Source: Octopus vulgaris (taxonomy: Eukaryota). From it: DNA of 64,000 bases. Both the position numbers and the translations under genes were made by a program. Location of the stretch: assembly GCA_951406725.2 (NCBI GenBank), contig OX597819.1, positions 34,410,001 through 34,474,000 of the forward strand, in the 5' to 3' direction. Below, piece after piece: positions 27,436 through 41,312 of the stretch; within the stretch, counting starts at the first letter, position 1; each line of letters opens with the position of its first letter. A model generated the notes under the pieces. It was not told where the DNA came from. It saw only the letters and a program-made list of their open reading frames with translations, and ran no database searches.

Positions 27436-28769
27436 ATACAGATATATACAGATATATATTTATAGATATATAGATATAGATATAGATACACACACACACA
27501 CACACATAGACACACACAGAGAAATAGTATAGTGTAATATAGTTGTCTAGAGTGAAGAACTAGACAACAATATACTATAAACTGTTTATCCAGGAAATTA
27601 ATCTTCACACTAACTCTAGTCAGTGAAGTTGCAACCAAATATAAACACTTTTATACTCCATTACTGAAAAACTTTTATTTATTTTTGGAATTTATTTTAT
27701 TTTATTTTCCCTTTAATTTATCTATTTTTTTTTTTATTAAGATATCTTTTTGTAGGTGCAGGTATGGCTATGTGGTTAAGAAGATTGGTTTGCAACCAAA
27801 TGGTTTCAGATTCAATCCTGCTGTATGGCATCTTGGCCAAGTGACTTCTACTATAGTTCAATGCCCAATGTAAGTGAATTTGGTAGAAGGGAACTGTGTT
27901 GAAGACTGTCGTGTGTGTATATATACACATATACATATCTGACATTGGCACTCCATCAGTTATGATGACAAATGTTCCGGTTGATCTGATCAATAGAACA
28001 GCCTGCTCATGAGATTAATATGCGAGTGGCTGAGCACTCCGCAGACAAGTGTACCCTGAACATAGTTCCCAGGAAGATTCAGCGTGATACAGGATTTGAC
28101 ACAGGTAGCACTTTGAATTACATGTAGAACTCATTGTTGCTACCTGAGTGGGCTGGAGCAATGTGAAATAAAGTGTCTAGCTCTGGGATACAAAATGTTG
28201 CCAGGAATTGAACTCATGACCTAACAATTGTGAACTGAATACTTTAACCACTAATTCATGCATTTTCACACACACACACACGCATGTGTGCATGTACACA
28301 CACACACATGCACATACACACACACAAGACAGGAGCTGGTGCAGTACTCTGGCTCACCAGCCCCTGTCAAACCATCCAAGCATGGAAAATAGATATGAAA
28401 CGATAATGATACATGCAATGGTTTTGTGTTCTTTGTGCCTGTCCCCAGCCACCAGTGTTGGTTTGTTTATATCCCCGTAATTTAGCAAGTCAGCAAAAAG
28501 AGACCTAGAATGAGTACCAAACAAAAAGATAAACAATAAGTACAGGGATCGATTTGTTCAGCTGAACACCCTATGGCAGTAACCCAGCATGGCTGTGCAG
28601 TCCAGTAACTGAAACAATATAAAAGATAAAAGAGTTCTATTCCATCCCATTATAGGGCTGTTACATGGAAGAAGATTACAGAAGTCTGATGGGATATTTT
28701 GAATAAACTTAATTTTATTCTTCCCACAACCAAAAAGCAAAGGTTGTCGTTACTACAAGCAACAAAACA

Positions 28770-29651
28770 TTGAGAGGGTTTGAGTGTTATTGTTCTTGGT
28801 GTAATTGTTATAGCAGTCAAAGAGGTAGCTTCTGCTTATCGCATTGCTGTCATCGATCATTCATTGTGGTTGTTGTCAGCTCAGATCAGCTGCTCTCTCT
28901 CATCTCAATTGGCTGCTTCCAGTGGTGTCTACCAATACTCTCGATCATGTAGTCAAAGTGTGGCAAGCCTGTTCGCTGTGTGCTTCTGTTTTCTTTTTTC
29001 GGGGTCACCAATTGTAATAGGATGGGAGTTCAGGAACACTGGAGAAGTGTCCGATCTGATCCTGTCACATACAATTTAAGTTGAATAAACAGAGACAAAG
29101 TCAGGCAGTCTTTGATCACAGTAAGTGGTGGTTTATTCTGCGGTTACAGGTAAGAACTAGTGCACGTGTATCTCTAGTAAGGAAGCTGGCAGCCGAATCC
29201 GCAGGACTTGTTGTGATGCTTTCTTGTTGCGAGTCAAGACGATTTGTTGGTTCACTCCCGCTTCATTGGGGTGAGGTTCTCTGAGTGTAGGGTTGTTCCC
29301 TGAGAGAAACTCAAGCCACGTCCGACCGCTAGCACTGCTCATGCCAGAAAGACCGATTTAGCAGTCAATCTTTTAGGTTCCATTTTCTGCACATGCGCAT
29401 GAGGAAAACTTCCGGTGGCCAACCGGAAGCAATCCAATTCTGTGCATGTGCGCTGAAACTTACACAGTAGCGTCACTACAAACTTATAGTGTTGGATAGG
29501 CTCAGAGAGAAAGGTGTGGAAAGATGGAATCACTGCTGGAGCCTGTTCTAGGCAAAGTTATGATTGGTTAGAATTTTTTATCACATGGGAAATATCCTTG
29601 CAAATCGCAACACCAGATGGAGTGATCTAACTGCAGAATATTCTCGCTACG
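28770..29651 (-). mobile_element. LTR retrotransposon 5' end: LTR ~29013-29651, tRNA-Trp PBS and degraded leader
   Basis: Minus strand reads ..TTACA-AT-TGGTGACCCCGA (PBS 28999-29010, complementary to the tRNA-Trp 3' end TCGGGGTCACCA). AATAAA at 29132-29137. Probable start CGTAGCG (mutated TG) at 29651. The block is GC-richer than its surroundings. Confidence 0.7.
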
Positions 29652-30300
29652 GGGGTGCATAGGTGGAGGATAGTTGTGTAGCATGAGGTGTGCAGAGCAC
29701 ACAGTTTGGTCATTTTACAAATGTGTGCTTGCTGTAGTAAAAGCTATGTTAAATTTAAAAAGTGTGGACAGTCAATTTGGCTGCCACACTGCAATGGGTA
29801 GCCAAAACCCACTCTTAGCCACTGGAGGAGGACAATGTCAAATAACCATTATTTTCTAACCTAACTTTATTTGTTGGTCTCTGATGCCTTTTTTTATTTT
29901 TAGCATATTTTATAGTTTTTGAAGATTTTTATTTCTCCAATTAAAAGTCAATATAAAACAACTTATAGGCAAAGTATTTCACACTCCACTACATATATAT
30001 GTCACAGAATTGTGATAATGGAATAACATAAACCAGTATTTCATCAACTGGAACTTTAGCCTTAGAATAGTTCTACAAATATATTAAATTTCAATGTGAT
30101 CTCAACCAAATGATTCCAGAAGACTTTATCAATTGATAATGACAGAATGCAGTTAAGAGTAAAGCTTTTCCTCCTTATTGTGTGTTTGTTTGTTAGTTAA
30201 TTTTGCTGGTGGTGTTGGTGATGTTGTCAAAGGAGAAGGTATCGTTAAGCTGTTGTATGTTGTAAGGAATAAATCACACAATAGAACAGAAGAATTAAAA

Positions 30301-30336
<36 letters not shown>

Positions 30337-30566
30337 TCATGTATATGCAAGCACAGAAGTGTGTTGTATGGGTGGGAGGGGTTAATATATAATGATGAAA
30401 TCCGAGATTTCTAAGAAGAAAATGGGAAGTTATGAGAATTATTCTTCCCCAAAAAGTATTAGTGGTATAAGTAAAATGAAATTGTTCTAACTCACAATCA
30501 CTAAGAAAAATTTTAATTTATAGCAATAACTTTATAAAGAACAAGAAGTAGACTAGAATATTAACA

Positions 30567-30611
<45 letters not shown>

Positions 30612-30624
30612 CATCAGTATTATT

Positions 30625-31570
30625 AAGGTGGTGAGCTGGCAGAATCACTATCATCCCAGACAAAATGTTTAGTGGCATTTCATCTGTCATTTATGTTCTC
30701 AGTTCAAATTCTGCCAAGTTTGACTTTGCCTTTCATCCTTTTGGGGCTGATAAAATAAGTACCAGTTGAGCACTGGGGTCGTTGCAATCGAAATTGCTGG
30801 CCTTGTGCCCAAATTTCAAATCATCTCAGTCAAGTACTGGGATCAATGTAATCAACTTCTCTTCCCCACAGAAACTGCTGGCCCTGGGCCAAAATTTAAG
30901 TACCAGTTAAGCAATGGGGTTGATGTAATTGATTATCCTCTTCCCCCAGACTTTTCAGGCCTTGTTCCTATGGTAGAAAGAATTACTATTATTTTGCAAG
31001 CTGACAAAATTGTTAGGACACTGGGTGAAAGGCTTAACAGCATTTCATACGTCTTCATATTCTGAATTCAAATTCCACCAAGGTCAGCTTTGCCTCTCAT
31101 CCTTTCAGGGTCAATAAAATAAATACTAGTTAAGCACAGGGGTTGACGTAATTGACTAATCAATCTTCTCTCCCAAAGAATTTTAGATCTTGTGCCATTA
31201 TTATTAGGTTGGTGAACTGGTAGAATCATAAGAGCATCAGACAAAATGCCTTCCAGTATTTACATTTCGAGTGCATACATTCTGAGTTCAAATTCTGCTA
31301 AGGTCGACTTTACCTTTTATCCTTTCAGGATCGATAAATTAAGTACCAGTTGCATACTGAAGTCGATCTAATCGACTACTGATACCCCCCAAAAGATTTC
31401 AGGCGTTGTGCCTAGAGTAGAAAAGAATACTGTGATGGTCAACTTCGCCATTCATCCTTTTAGGATTGTTAAAATAGAATATAAGTTAAATATGGGGGTG
31501 GGGGTCGATGGTATCAACTACTTCCTGTCTATCAAAGCTGTTGGCTTTGTGCCAAAATTTGAAAGAATTA
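30625..31570 (+). repeat. Cluster of 4-5 degraded head-to-tail family B SINE copies
   Basis: Repeated GTTCAAATTC..TTTGCCTTTCATCCTTT..GATAAA..AGTACCAGTT..GGGGTCGAT blocks following an (ATT)n tract. Confidence 0.8.
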
Positions 31571-32350
31571 GTTTTATTAGAAACAATTAAAGAAACCACT
31601 TGAAACAAGGGAGATAATTCCCTATTTACAAGCTAGTACATACTTTTTCTTCATTAATTTCTTTTTCTTTTCTTTCAAATTACTTTCAAACTCATTGGAA
31701 TAAATGTCAGATTAAAATGAAAGATGAAACAGTCACAAGAGATGTCATCTTGTAATAAAAAAAAAACATGGTTAAGAATTGTTGCATAAAATATTTGACA
31801 ACTGAATAGATACTTCACATTGATTCAATGTTAAGCTACACGGAAATGTTTCTGGTAATAGATTCTGGTATAGATATCAAGAATGAGACCAATTAAAAAC
31901 ACAATGCAATGCTAGCAGTTCAACTTCTGACCTTTACATCAATAATCCATCACCAAATCACTCAGCCAATCAGCAACAAATTACATTCTAAGACCAACTA
32001 TAAGAAAGGTGATGCCTTCTTGTGCATCTGAGGCCAGTGTGTAGAACATACTGGTCTATCTGGAAAAGAAAGTTGTTATATTATGAGAAATAAACTGACA
32101 AAAAATTTATGGATACTTTGGAAGTGATTATGGTAACTTGACCGGTGAACCAAAGTTTGTGAAGATCGTTTGACAATTCAGACAACTTGAAGAATATTGG
32201 CTGAAGTATCCCGTGGTTAGCCTCTAAGGTAGATGATGACCAATTTCACACTTCACTGTCTTTGTTGCTAATAAATGCCACAATATTGTACAAAGATATT
32301 TTGTATTGTATCTATGGTTGATGCATGCTTACATAGCACACACACATGTA

Positions 32351-32407
<57 letters not shown>

Positions 32408-33394
32408 GTGTACACTTCAATACCATAGTGTGTGTGTAACATAAAGATATATACACCATATTTCATTACTTTAGTATATACCTGTGTGTATGTATGTGTA
32501 TATGTATGTATCTGTGCATATATACATATATAATATACACACACACACACTCACACACACACACACATACAGACCCACATATACATACACATATACACAT
32601 ACATACATACATACATACACACACACATATATACATTTTTTTTTATTTTTATGATCAGTAGAGGTTATAGAGTGACTGAAAAACTAAGGGTTATGTGCAT
32701 TGGCATTTATCAAGCTGGCTTCCAATGAAAAGGGCTTACATTTATAAATCGGTGATAAAGGTATTTCCCTGGATTATTCTGGAAGAAATTATAAAAGCAA
32801 TTGCAAAGTCACATGGATACTCTTTCACTTGCTTCAGTCACTTGACTGCGGCCATGCTGGAGCACCGCCTTTAGTCGAGCAAATCGACCCCAGGACTTAT
32901 TCTTTGTAAGCCTAGTACTTATTCTATCGGCCTCTTTTGCCGAACCGCTAAGTTACAGGGACGTAAACACACCAGCATCGGTTGTCAAGTGATGTTGGAG
33001 GGACAAACACAGACACACAAACACACACACACATATATATATACATATATACGACCGGCTTCTTTCACTTTCCGTCTACCAAATCCACTCACAAGGCTTT
33101 GGTCTGTACAGAACTTGGTGTATGCATTCCTCGCTGAGTCCCTGGGACACAGTTTTATATTTTATATTTATACTTACATTTTATATTTATACATACATGT
33201 CTGTGCATGTGTGTATGAATGCATGAATATGTGTACATGAGTGGATATATCTACATGCATGTACCAGTTGAGTACTGATGTCAATATAATCGACTAGTCC
33301 CATCACTCCAAATTTCAGGCCTTGTGTTTATAGTAGAAAGGATTATTATTATTATTATTATGATTATTATAATTATTATTATTATTATAATTGT

Positions 33395-33707
33395 GGAGGC
33401 GCAATGGCCTAGTGGTTAGGGCAGTGGACTCGCGGTCGTAGGATCGCGGTTTCGATTCCCAGACCGGGCGTTGTGAGTGTTTATTGAGCGAAAACACCTA
33501 AAAGCTCCACAAGGCTCCGGCTGTACTCTTTCGCTGTACTCTTGCTGTACTCTTTCGCCACAACTTTCTCTCACTCTTTCTTCTGTTGGCCTGCTCGCTT
33601 AGCCAGCGGGGTGGTGTCATTTGAAGGTTAAAACAATGCGAAGCGCATTGTGACCAGCGATGTGTAACAACATCTGATGGCCTGGTAGGTCACGGTGATC
33701 ACGGTGA
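33395..33707 (+). mobile_element. tRNA-derived SINE family C in (ATT)n
   Basis: A box TGGCCTAGTGG and B box GGTTTCGATTCC. Other copies at 47190-47624 and ~61185-61490. Confidence 0.88.
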
Positions 33708-33721
33708 TTATTATAATTATA

Positions 33722-33759
<38 letters not shown>

Positions 33760-33796
33760 TACTATTATTATTATTACTATTATTATTATTAGTGAA

Positions 33797-34130
33797 GGCA
33801 CATGGCTCAGTGATTAGAGTGTCAAGCTTACAATCATGAGATTGTGAGTTCAATTCCCAAACTGGGCTGCGTGTTGTGTTCTTGAGCAATACACTTTATT
33901 TCACATTGCTCCAGTTCACTCAGCTGTAGAAATGAGTTGCGACATCACTGATGCCAAGCTGTATGGCCTTTGCCTTTCCCTTGGATAACATCAGTGGTGT
34001 GGAGAAGGGAGGCTGGTGTGCACGGGCGACTGCTGGCCTTCCATGGAAACAACCTTGCCCGGACTTGTGCCTTGGAGGGTAACTTTCTAGGTACAATCCC
34101 ATGGTCATTCATGACTGAAAGGGGTTTCCT
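33797..34130 (+). mobile_element. tRNA-derived SINE family D
   Basis: TGGCTCAGTGATTAGAG..GTTCAATTCCC head. Copies at 45432-45770, 51523-51862, 58300-58595 and 19605-19880(-). Confidence 0.85.
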
Positions 34131-34421
34131 CTTATTATCATTATTACCCCTCTTTTGACCAGGCTCCCGTGGCTTTTATGGGCTTTTCCATGAGTAACCT
34201 TTCGAAGTGCCTCCCCTATTGGGAGTTTTTACTTGTTATATTTTCATTGTTATCTTGCATTTTTACACAGACTTTTCAAACGGACAAAGCCTTTTTTGTA
34301 ACTTTTGTCTTGTATTTTGTCCTTACAGGTTTTATTTGATTTTTGTTAGCCCTTGTGGCCAATAAACGAACGAATTATTATTATCATTATACTATAATCA
34401 CAAGTTAACTTATACCTTGTC

Positions 34422-34463
<42 letters not shown>

Positions 34464-35040
34464 GTGTGTAAGTTTGCAATTCCTTTCATCTTCATGTGTC
34501 TTTGCTCTTTGCAAACAAAAGCATCACTCATTGCGCAGGTAGTGGTATTTGCTTACAGTCAACTATGAAAGCATGTCTAATGTTACCTTTGTAAACTAAA
34601 GCCACATCCAAACATCATTTGTTTCAAGCTCCCTGTGTAGCTACATCTAGGCTTTGTTGTTCACTAGTCAGAGTGACTGTTACCTTATTGGAAAACAGTT
34701 GAGGGTGAGCACCAGGAATATCATCCAGACATGCAAAAAAACCCAAAAAAACCCAATCAACCTCAATCCATGCAAACCAAGAAAAGTGGACTATAAAAGA
34801 ACGATGAGGATAATTATGATGATAATGTGTGTACACTTGTGCATTTGTATATATGGAGATCATCATCATCATCATCATCATCATTGTTTAACGTCTGCTT
34901 TCCATGCTAGCATGGGTTGGACGGTTCAACTGGGGTCTGGGGAGCCCGAAGGCTGCACCAGGCCAGTCAGATCTGGCAGTGTTTCTACAGCTGGATGCCC
35001 TTCCTAACGCCAACCACTCCGAGAGTGTAGTGGGTGATTT

Positions 35041-35412
35041 TATGTGCCACCGACACAGGTGCCAGACGAGGCTGGCGAACGGCCACGCTTGGATGGTGTT
35101 TTTATGTGCCACCGACACAGGTGCCAGATGAGGCTGGCAGCCGGCCACGCTCGGATGGTGTTTTTATGTGCCACCGACACAGGTGCCAGATGAGGCTGGC
35201 AGCCGGCCACGCTCGGATGGTGTTTTTATGTGCCACCGACACAGGTGCCAGACGAGGCTGGCAGACGGCCACGCTCGGATGGTGTTTTTATGTGCCACCG
35301 ACACAGGTGCCAGACGAGGCTGGCAGACGGCCACGCTCGGATGGTGTTTTTATGTGCCACCGACACAGGTGCCAGACGAGGCTGGCAGACGGCCACGCTC
35401 GGACGGTGTTTG
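35041..35412. repeat. 62-bp GC-rich minisatellite x6 inside the RTE 3' UTR
   Basis: TATGTGCCACCGACACAGGTGCCAGA starts at 35041, 35103, 35165, 35227, 35289 and 35351. Diverged units follow. Confidence 0.95.
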
Positions 35413-35671
35413 TTACGTGCCCACAGCACGGAGGCCAGTCGATGCGGTACTGGCTACGGTCCCGTTCGGATGGTTTTCTTATGTGCCACCGGCACTGGTA
35501 CCACAAGGATACAAATTCCATTGATGTTCATCTATTTTGATTTGGTTTGACTTGATTCGATTTGACTTTGATTTGATTTGCCTCAACAGGTCTTCACAAG
35601 TGTCACAAGCAGGAAGGTATGCACAGGCGGACTGACTACGTCCCAGGTAGGGGCCACGGGTTATGGCTTCA

Positions 35672-37003
35672 CTAGTCTTGCCAGGTCTTCTCACGCACAG
35701 CATACTTCCATAGGTCTCGGTCTCTAGTCATTTCCATGGTGAGACCTAACGTTCGAAGGTCGTGCTTCACCACCTCGTCCCAGGTTTTCCTGGGTCTACC
35801 TCTTCCACGGGTTCCCTCAACTGCTAGTGATTGGCATTTTCTCACACACCTATTTTCATCCATTCTCGCCACATGACCATACCAGCGCAATCGTCTCTCT
35901 TGCACGCAACAACTGATGCTTCTTATGTACAACATTTCTCTTAGAGAACTAACACTCTGTCGAGTAAGTACACTGACATTACACATCCATCGGAGCATAC
36001 TGGCTTCATTCCTCATGAGCTTACGCATGTCCTCAGCAGTCACGGCCCATGTTTCACTGCCATGTAGCATGGCAGTTCGAACACATGCATCATACAGTCT
36101 GCCCTTTACTCTGAGCGAGAGGCCTTTAGTCACCAGCAGAGGTAAGAGCTCCCTAAACTTTGCCCAGGCTATTCTTATTCTAGCAGTTACACTCTCAGCG
36201 CACCCACCCCCACTACTGACTTGGTCACCTAGATAACGGAAGCTATCAACTACTTCTAATTTTTCCCCCTGGAAAGTGACGGAAGTTGTTTTCTGCAGAT
36301 TTTCGGAGGTCAATGCTCCCGAGCATCTGCCACATATAAAAACTATCTTCCCAGTTAGCCTACCTTTGACATTGCTGCACCTCTTATGTGTCCATAGCTT
36401 ACACTGGGTACATCTTATAGAGTTTCTACCTACACCTTTTCTACAGATCGAGCAGGGCCATCTTCCTGAGGACATTTGTGGATTGCCTACCTTTCTACTT
36501 ATTAGTACTTTGGTTTTAGCTAGGTTGACTCTAAGGCCCCTCGATTCTAAACCCTCCTTCCACACCTGGAACTTCTCCTCCAGTTCTGATAGTGACTCAG
36601 CAATTAGAGCGAGGTCGTCAGCATAGAGGAGCTCCCAGGGGCAACCTGTCTTGAATTCCTCTGTTATTGCCTGGAGGACTATGATAAATAGGAGGGGGCT
36701 GAGTACTGAACCCTGGTGGACCCCAACCTCTACTTTGAATTCTTCTGTGTACATGTTGCCAACCCTAACCTTGCTTACGGCATCTCTGTACATGGCTTGC
36801 ACAGCCCTCACCAGCCATTCATCTATCCCTAGTTTCCTCATTGACCACCAGATGAGGGATCGGGGGACCCTATCAAAGGCTTTCTCCATGTCAACGAAAG
36901 CCAGGTACAGGGGCTTATCTTTGGCTAGGTATTTCTCCTGCAGCTGCCTTACCAGGAATATAGCATCAGTGGTGCTTTTCCCTGGCACAAACCCAAACTG
37001 CAT
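35672..37003 (-). CDS. RTE reverse transcriptase, C-terminal 443 aa (5'-truncated), with an internal PHD-type finger
   Basis: [51 protein letters not shown] and GRGRPRKTW. Confidence 0.9.
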   Translation of the reverse strand: MQFGFVPGKSTTDAIFLVRQLQEKYLAKDKPLYLAFVDMEKAFDRVPRSLIWWSMRKLGIDEWLVRAVQAMYRDAVSKVRVGNMYTEEFKVEVGVHQGSVLSPLLFIIVLQAITEEFKTGCPWELLYADDLALIAESLSELEEKFQVWKEGLESRGLRVNLAKTKVLISRKVGNPQMSSGRWPCSICRKGVGRNSIRCTQCKLWTHKRCSNVKGRLTGKIVFICGRCSGALTSENLQKTTSVTFQGEKLEVVDSFRYLGDQVSSGGGCAESVTARIRIAWAKFRELLPLLVTKGLSLRVKGRLYDACVRTAMLHGSETWAVTAEDMRKLMRNEASMLRWMCNVSVLTRQSVSSLREMLYIRSISCCVQERRLRWYGHVARMDENRCVRKCQSLAVEGTRGRGRPRKTWDEVVKHDLRTLGLTMEMTRDRDLWKYAVREKTWQD

Positions 37004-37017
37004 CTCATCTAAACTAA

Positions 37018-37154
<137 letters not shown>

Positions 37155-37189
37155 TCTTGAAATACTAAAGAGTAAATTTATTCAATAAG

Positions 37190-37830
37190 ATCGCCATTGG
37201 TTTCTACCATAGCCTCCAGATGACTTTGGAATCTCATGCAACTCTTTTGGACAGTCTCCTTGTATAAGTTGATGAATGTTGCCATAATCCTTGCCTTCAG
37301 TTCATCTTTGGTGTTATGACAAGTTTTGTTAGTCTCTCACTCAACTGCACCCCATACATAATAATCAAAGGGGTTGCAATCTAGGGAGTAGGTGCCCAGG
37401 TTAGGGCTGATGTGGTTGCAGAAATTGTCTGACAGCCATGACTGCGTTTCCCTACTTCTACCAGGCACTTGATGTAGGCCACCGTGTTGAGCCTGAGGCT
37501 GTGTGAGAAGATGAATGGAGGCATAACATCACCATCATTAATGACCACTCAAAACACCATGATGTTGACTGGATGTTTGTTTTTTATCACTCTCGGCACA
37601 TGTCCTCAGATTGACACTCTGAAATTTTTATACTGGAGCTTCTGGTGCAAATGCCATGTAGTACAGCATGTTGTTTCCAAATTTCTGGCAGAATGAATTG
37701 CATCATTATGCTGTTTTTCTCACAGACGGTGCCCAACTGATCCTACTATATTGTTTAATTGACAAAATCAAAAATAAACAATGTACATGCCCAAAATTAA
37801 AAATATAAAATGGGGACAATTTACTCATTT
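37190..37830 (-). mobile_element. Tc1/mariner-superfamily relic (internally deleted)
   Basis: Minus strand LDCNPFDYYVWGAVE*ETNKT, a third-catalytic-D motif. A related relic on the plus strand at ~54815-55810 hosts a Helitron. Confidence 0.7.
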
Positions 37831-39339
37831 TATGGTTGGATACTCTTTCTGTTACCAACCTTCACGTGTTTCCAAGTTTGGTATTTTTAGTCTGTTGGTC
37901 AATATACACCAAAAGCAATAAAGCCATTGAAACTACAGGACTTTACTTACTGGGGAATGTAAAGAAAGACACTGACATTGTTCAGATGATCGCAATGTAT
38001 TCATATGGAAACAAATTCACACACACACTCACACACACATACACACGCACATACATATAACAGCAATTCATATCTATATAACACCTGCACCATACCTGCA
38101 CTCTAATTTCCATGGGAGTTGCAGTTAGCTTCCTCAGAGATGAAACATAGATAATCCACAACAGCTGGACTGAAGAATAGTTTTATCTCTCAACATCATC
38201 ATCTAATTAATCTTATACAACAGATTTACTCATTTTACAATAATGAGCCACAGATCTGAAAGAAGATTTGTTTACAAATAAAAATTTTATATACAATGAA
38301 GAAAGAATGTTTCTTAATTCCATATTGTGTATTGTAGTAATGTGTCTAAGAACTTCACTGTTAACTCAACAAAAAGAGGATTAAATTTAGAGCAAATATT
38401 TGAATTTTTACAATGAAAGAAGTATTCAGTTTATTGGCAAATGGATAATGTATTGTAAAAGAATTATTTTTCTTTAAGAAATTTGTGAGAAAATTTGAGA
38501 GATTTAACAACTTTCAGTTATTCATTGGTAAAATAAATTTACAGCCTCTCAACAACTTTCTGAGCACATAAGTATCAGCATCGGACTGTAAGCAGGGAGA
38601 GTATGCATGTATGTTTGTGCATGTGTGTGTGTATGTGTCTGTCTGGCATAGTGTGTGTGTGTGTGTGCCATTGTGTGTATGTAGTGTAGCACAATGTGTG
38701 TGCACATGTGTATGTATCTGGTATTATGAGTATGCATAGTGTACTGTGGTGTGTATATAACACAGTGTATGTGTGTGTTTGTGTATCTGTGTGTATATGA
38801 TTGTCTGGATAGGGTGTGAGTAATGAGATGGGATTGTTTATAGTGTGGTGTGTGTTTGTGAGTGTATGGGATCGTGTATGTGTGTGCATATGAGTATCGT
38901 GTGTGTGTGTATAATTCTAAAACGTTTTGTAAATGTAAACAAAAATTCTTTTAAAAAATAAAGTTCATTCTTCAGTGTCATTCAACAAGCAAAATACAGC
39001 AAATAGCATTTTTACCTTTTGTAAGGGAAAAATATTTTGGCAAAAAATCAACCCTTGTTCCTTCATATTTAGAAAGCAATCATTAAAATAATTTTAGAGA
39101 CGAAAAAATATTTCCCTTGATTATTTAATATCTTTTCTTCAATATTTTTAGAAGCAGTGTGGTAAAAAAAAATTGCTTTCTAACTACATGGTTCTGGGTT
39201 CAGTCCCATTACATAGCAGCTTGGACAAGTGTCTTCTACTATAACCCTAGGATGACCAAAGCCTTGTGAGTGGATTTGATAGACAGAAACTGAAAGAAGT
39301 GTTTTGTATGGGTGTATGTGTATGTATGTGTGTGTGTGC

Positions 39340-39370
<31 letters not shown>

Positions 39371-39473
39371 ACATCATTTTCTGTGGCTATACTATCGGGG
39401 CTATTTTTAGCACTAGAGTTATCCACATAGTGGTTAACTCTCTAATAATTTATATATATATATACATATACAT

Positions 39474-41312
39474 AGAAATACCTAGCCAAAGATAAACCTC
39501 TGTACCTGGCTTTTGTTGAGATGGAGAAAGTCTTTGACAGGGTCCCCCGATCCCTTATCTGGTGGTCAATGAGGAAACTAGGGATAGATGAATGGTTAGT
39601 GAGAGCTGTGTGAGCCATGTATAGGGATACTGTTAGTAAGGTGAGTGTTGGCAATGAGTGAAGAATTACGGGTAGAGGTAGGGGTCCACCAAGGTTCAGT
39701 TCTCAACCCCCTCCTATTTATCATAGTTCTCCAGGCAATAACAGAGGAATTCAAGACTGGATGCCCCTGGGAGCTCCTCTATGCTGATGACCTTACTCTA
39801 ATTGCTGAGTCACTATCAGAACTGGAGGAGAAGTTTCAGGTGTGGAAGCAAGGATTAGAATCGAAGGGCCTTAGAGTCAACCTAGCTAAAACAAAAGTCC
39901 TAATAAGTAGGAAGGTTGACAAACCACAAACGCCTTCAGGTAGATGGCCCTGCTCGATCTGTAGAAAAGGCGTAGGTAGAAACTCTGTAAGATGTACCCA
40001 GTGTAAGCTATGGACACATAAGAGGTGCAGCAATGTCAAAGGAAGGCTAACTAGGAAGATAGTTTTTGTATGTGGCAGATGCTCAGGAGCAATAGACACT
40101 GAAAATCTGCAGAGAGCAACTTCCAGCACTTTCCAGGGAGAAAAACTAGAAGTAGTTGATAGCTTCCGTTACTTAGGTGACCAAGTCAGTAGTGGGGGCA
40201 GGTGTGTTAAAAATGTAACTGCTAGAGTAAGAATAGCCTGGGCAAAGTTCAGAGAGCTCTTACCTCTGCTGGTGACAAAAGGCCTCTGGCTCAGAGTAAA
40301 AGGCAGACTGTATGACGCATGTGTACGACCAGCCATGCTACATGGCAGTGAAACATGGGCTGTGACTGCTGAGGACATGCGTAAGCTCACAAGGAATGAA
40401 GCCAGTATGCTCCAATGGATATGTAATGTACATACTCGACAGAGTGTAAGTACCTTGAGAGAAAAGTTAGACCTAAGAAGCATCAGTTGTGGTGTGCCAG
40501 AGAGACGATTGCGCTGGTATGGTCATGTGGCGAGAATGGATGACGATAGGTGTGTGAAAAAGTGCCACTCCCTAGCGGTTGAGGGAACCTGTCGAAGAGG
40601 TAGACCCAGGAAAACCTGGGACAAGGTGGTGAAGCACGACCTTCGAACATTAGGCCTCACCAAGGCAATGACTGGTGACCAAGACCTTTGGAAATATGCT
40701 GTGTGTGAGAAGACCTGGCAGGACAAGTGAGTCCATAACCCATGGCCTTTGTCAGGGATGTAGCCAGCCCACTTATGCATACCTTTCCTTCTTTGGACAC
40801 AAAACTCTGCTTGTGAAGACCTGTTGAAGCAAGTGAAATCGAAATTGAATTCAAAATCGAACCACATCTGACGACTGGCACCCATGCCAACCTCCCTTCA
40901 TTGGACACTAAACTCTGCTTGCGAAGACTTGTTGGGGCAAGTGAAATCGAAATTGAACCAAATCCTATGACTGGCACCTGGCCGTTGCCAGTGCTGCTGG
41001 ACTGACTCCTGTGCAGGTGGCAAGTAAAGAAACACCGTTTTGACCCTGTGCTTGAGGAGACCTATTGAGTCAAGTACATCAACATCAAAAATCAATGGAA
41101 ATTATAGTTGTGATCCCTGTGCCAGTAAAAAACACCCACTACACTCACGGAGTGGTTGGCATTAGGAAGGGCATCCAGCTGTAGAAACACTGCCAGATCA
41201 GACTGGAGCCTAGTGCAGCCTTCCGGCTTCCCAGACCCCGGTCGAACCGTCCAACCCATGCTAGCATGGAAAACGGACATTAAGCGATGATGATGATGTT
41301 GATGATGATGAT
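39474..41312 (+). mobile_element. 5'-truncated RTE-clade LINE, same family as 34860-37020, with (GAT)n tail
   Basis: Starts after (TA)n at [14 protein letters not shown]. Stop and frameshift near 39610-39660. UTR has an internal duplication (~40790-40980). Tail at 41285-41312. Confidence 0.95.
39645..40730 (+). pseudogene. RTE reverse transcriptase fragment (361-aa open frame) with PHD-type finger
   Basis: [40 protein letters not shown] and RGRPRKTW. The upstream part is disrupted. Confidence 0.88.

Noticed and set aside
33395-33470. tRNA-like sequences at SINE heads (also 47190, 51523, 61185)
   Set aside because: A and B boxes are present, but each continues into a SINE body, some with TSDs, and lacks a proper acceptor stem. 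They are not tRNA genes.
35041-35412. Regular repeat array resembling CRISPR
   Set aside because: Units are contiguous with no unique spacers, there are no cas genes, and the context is a eukaryotic LINE UTR.
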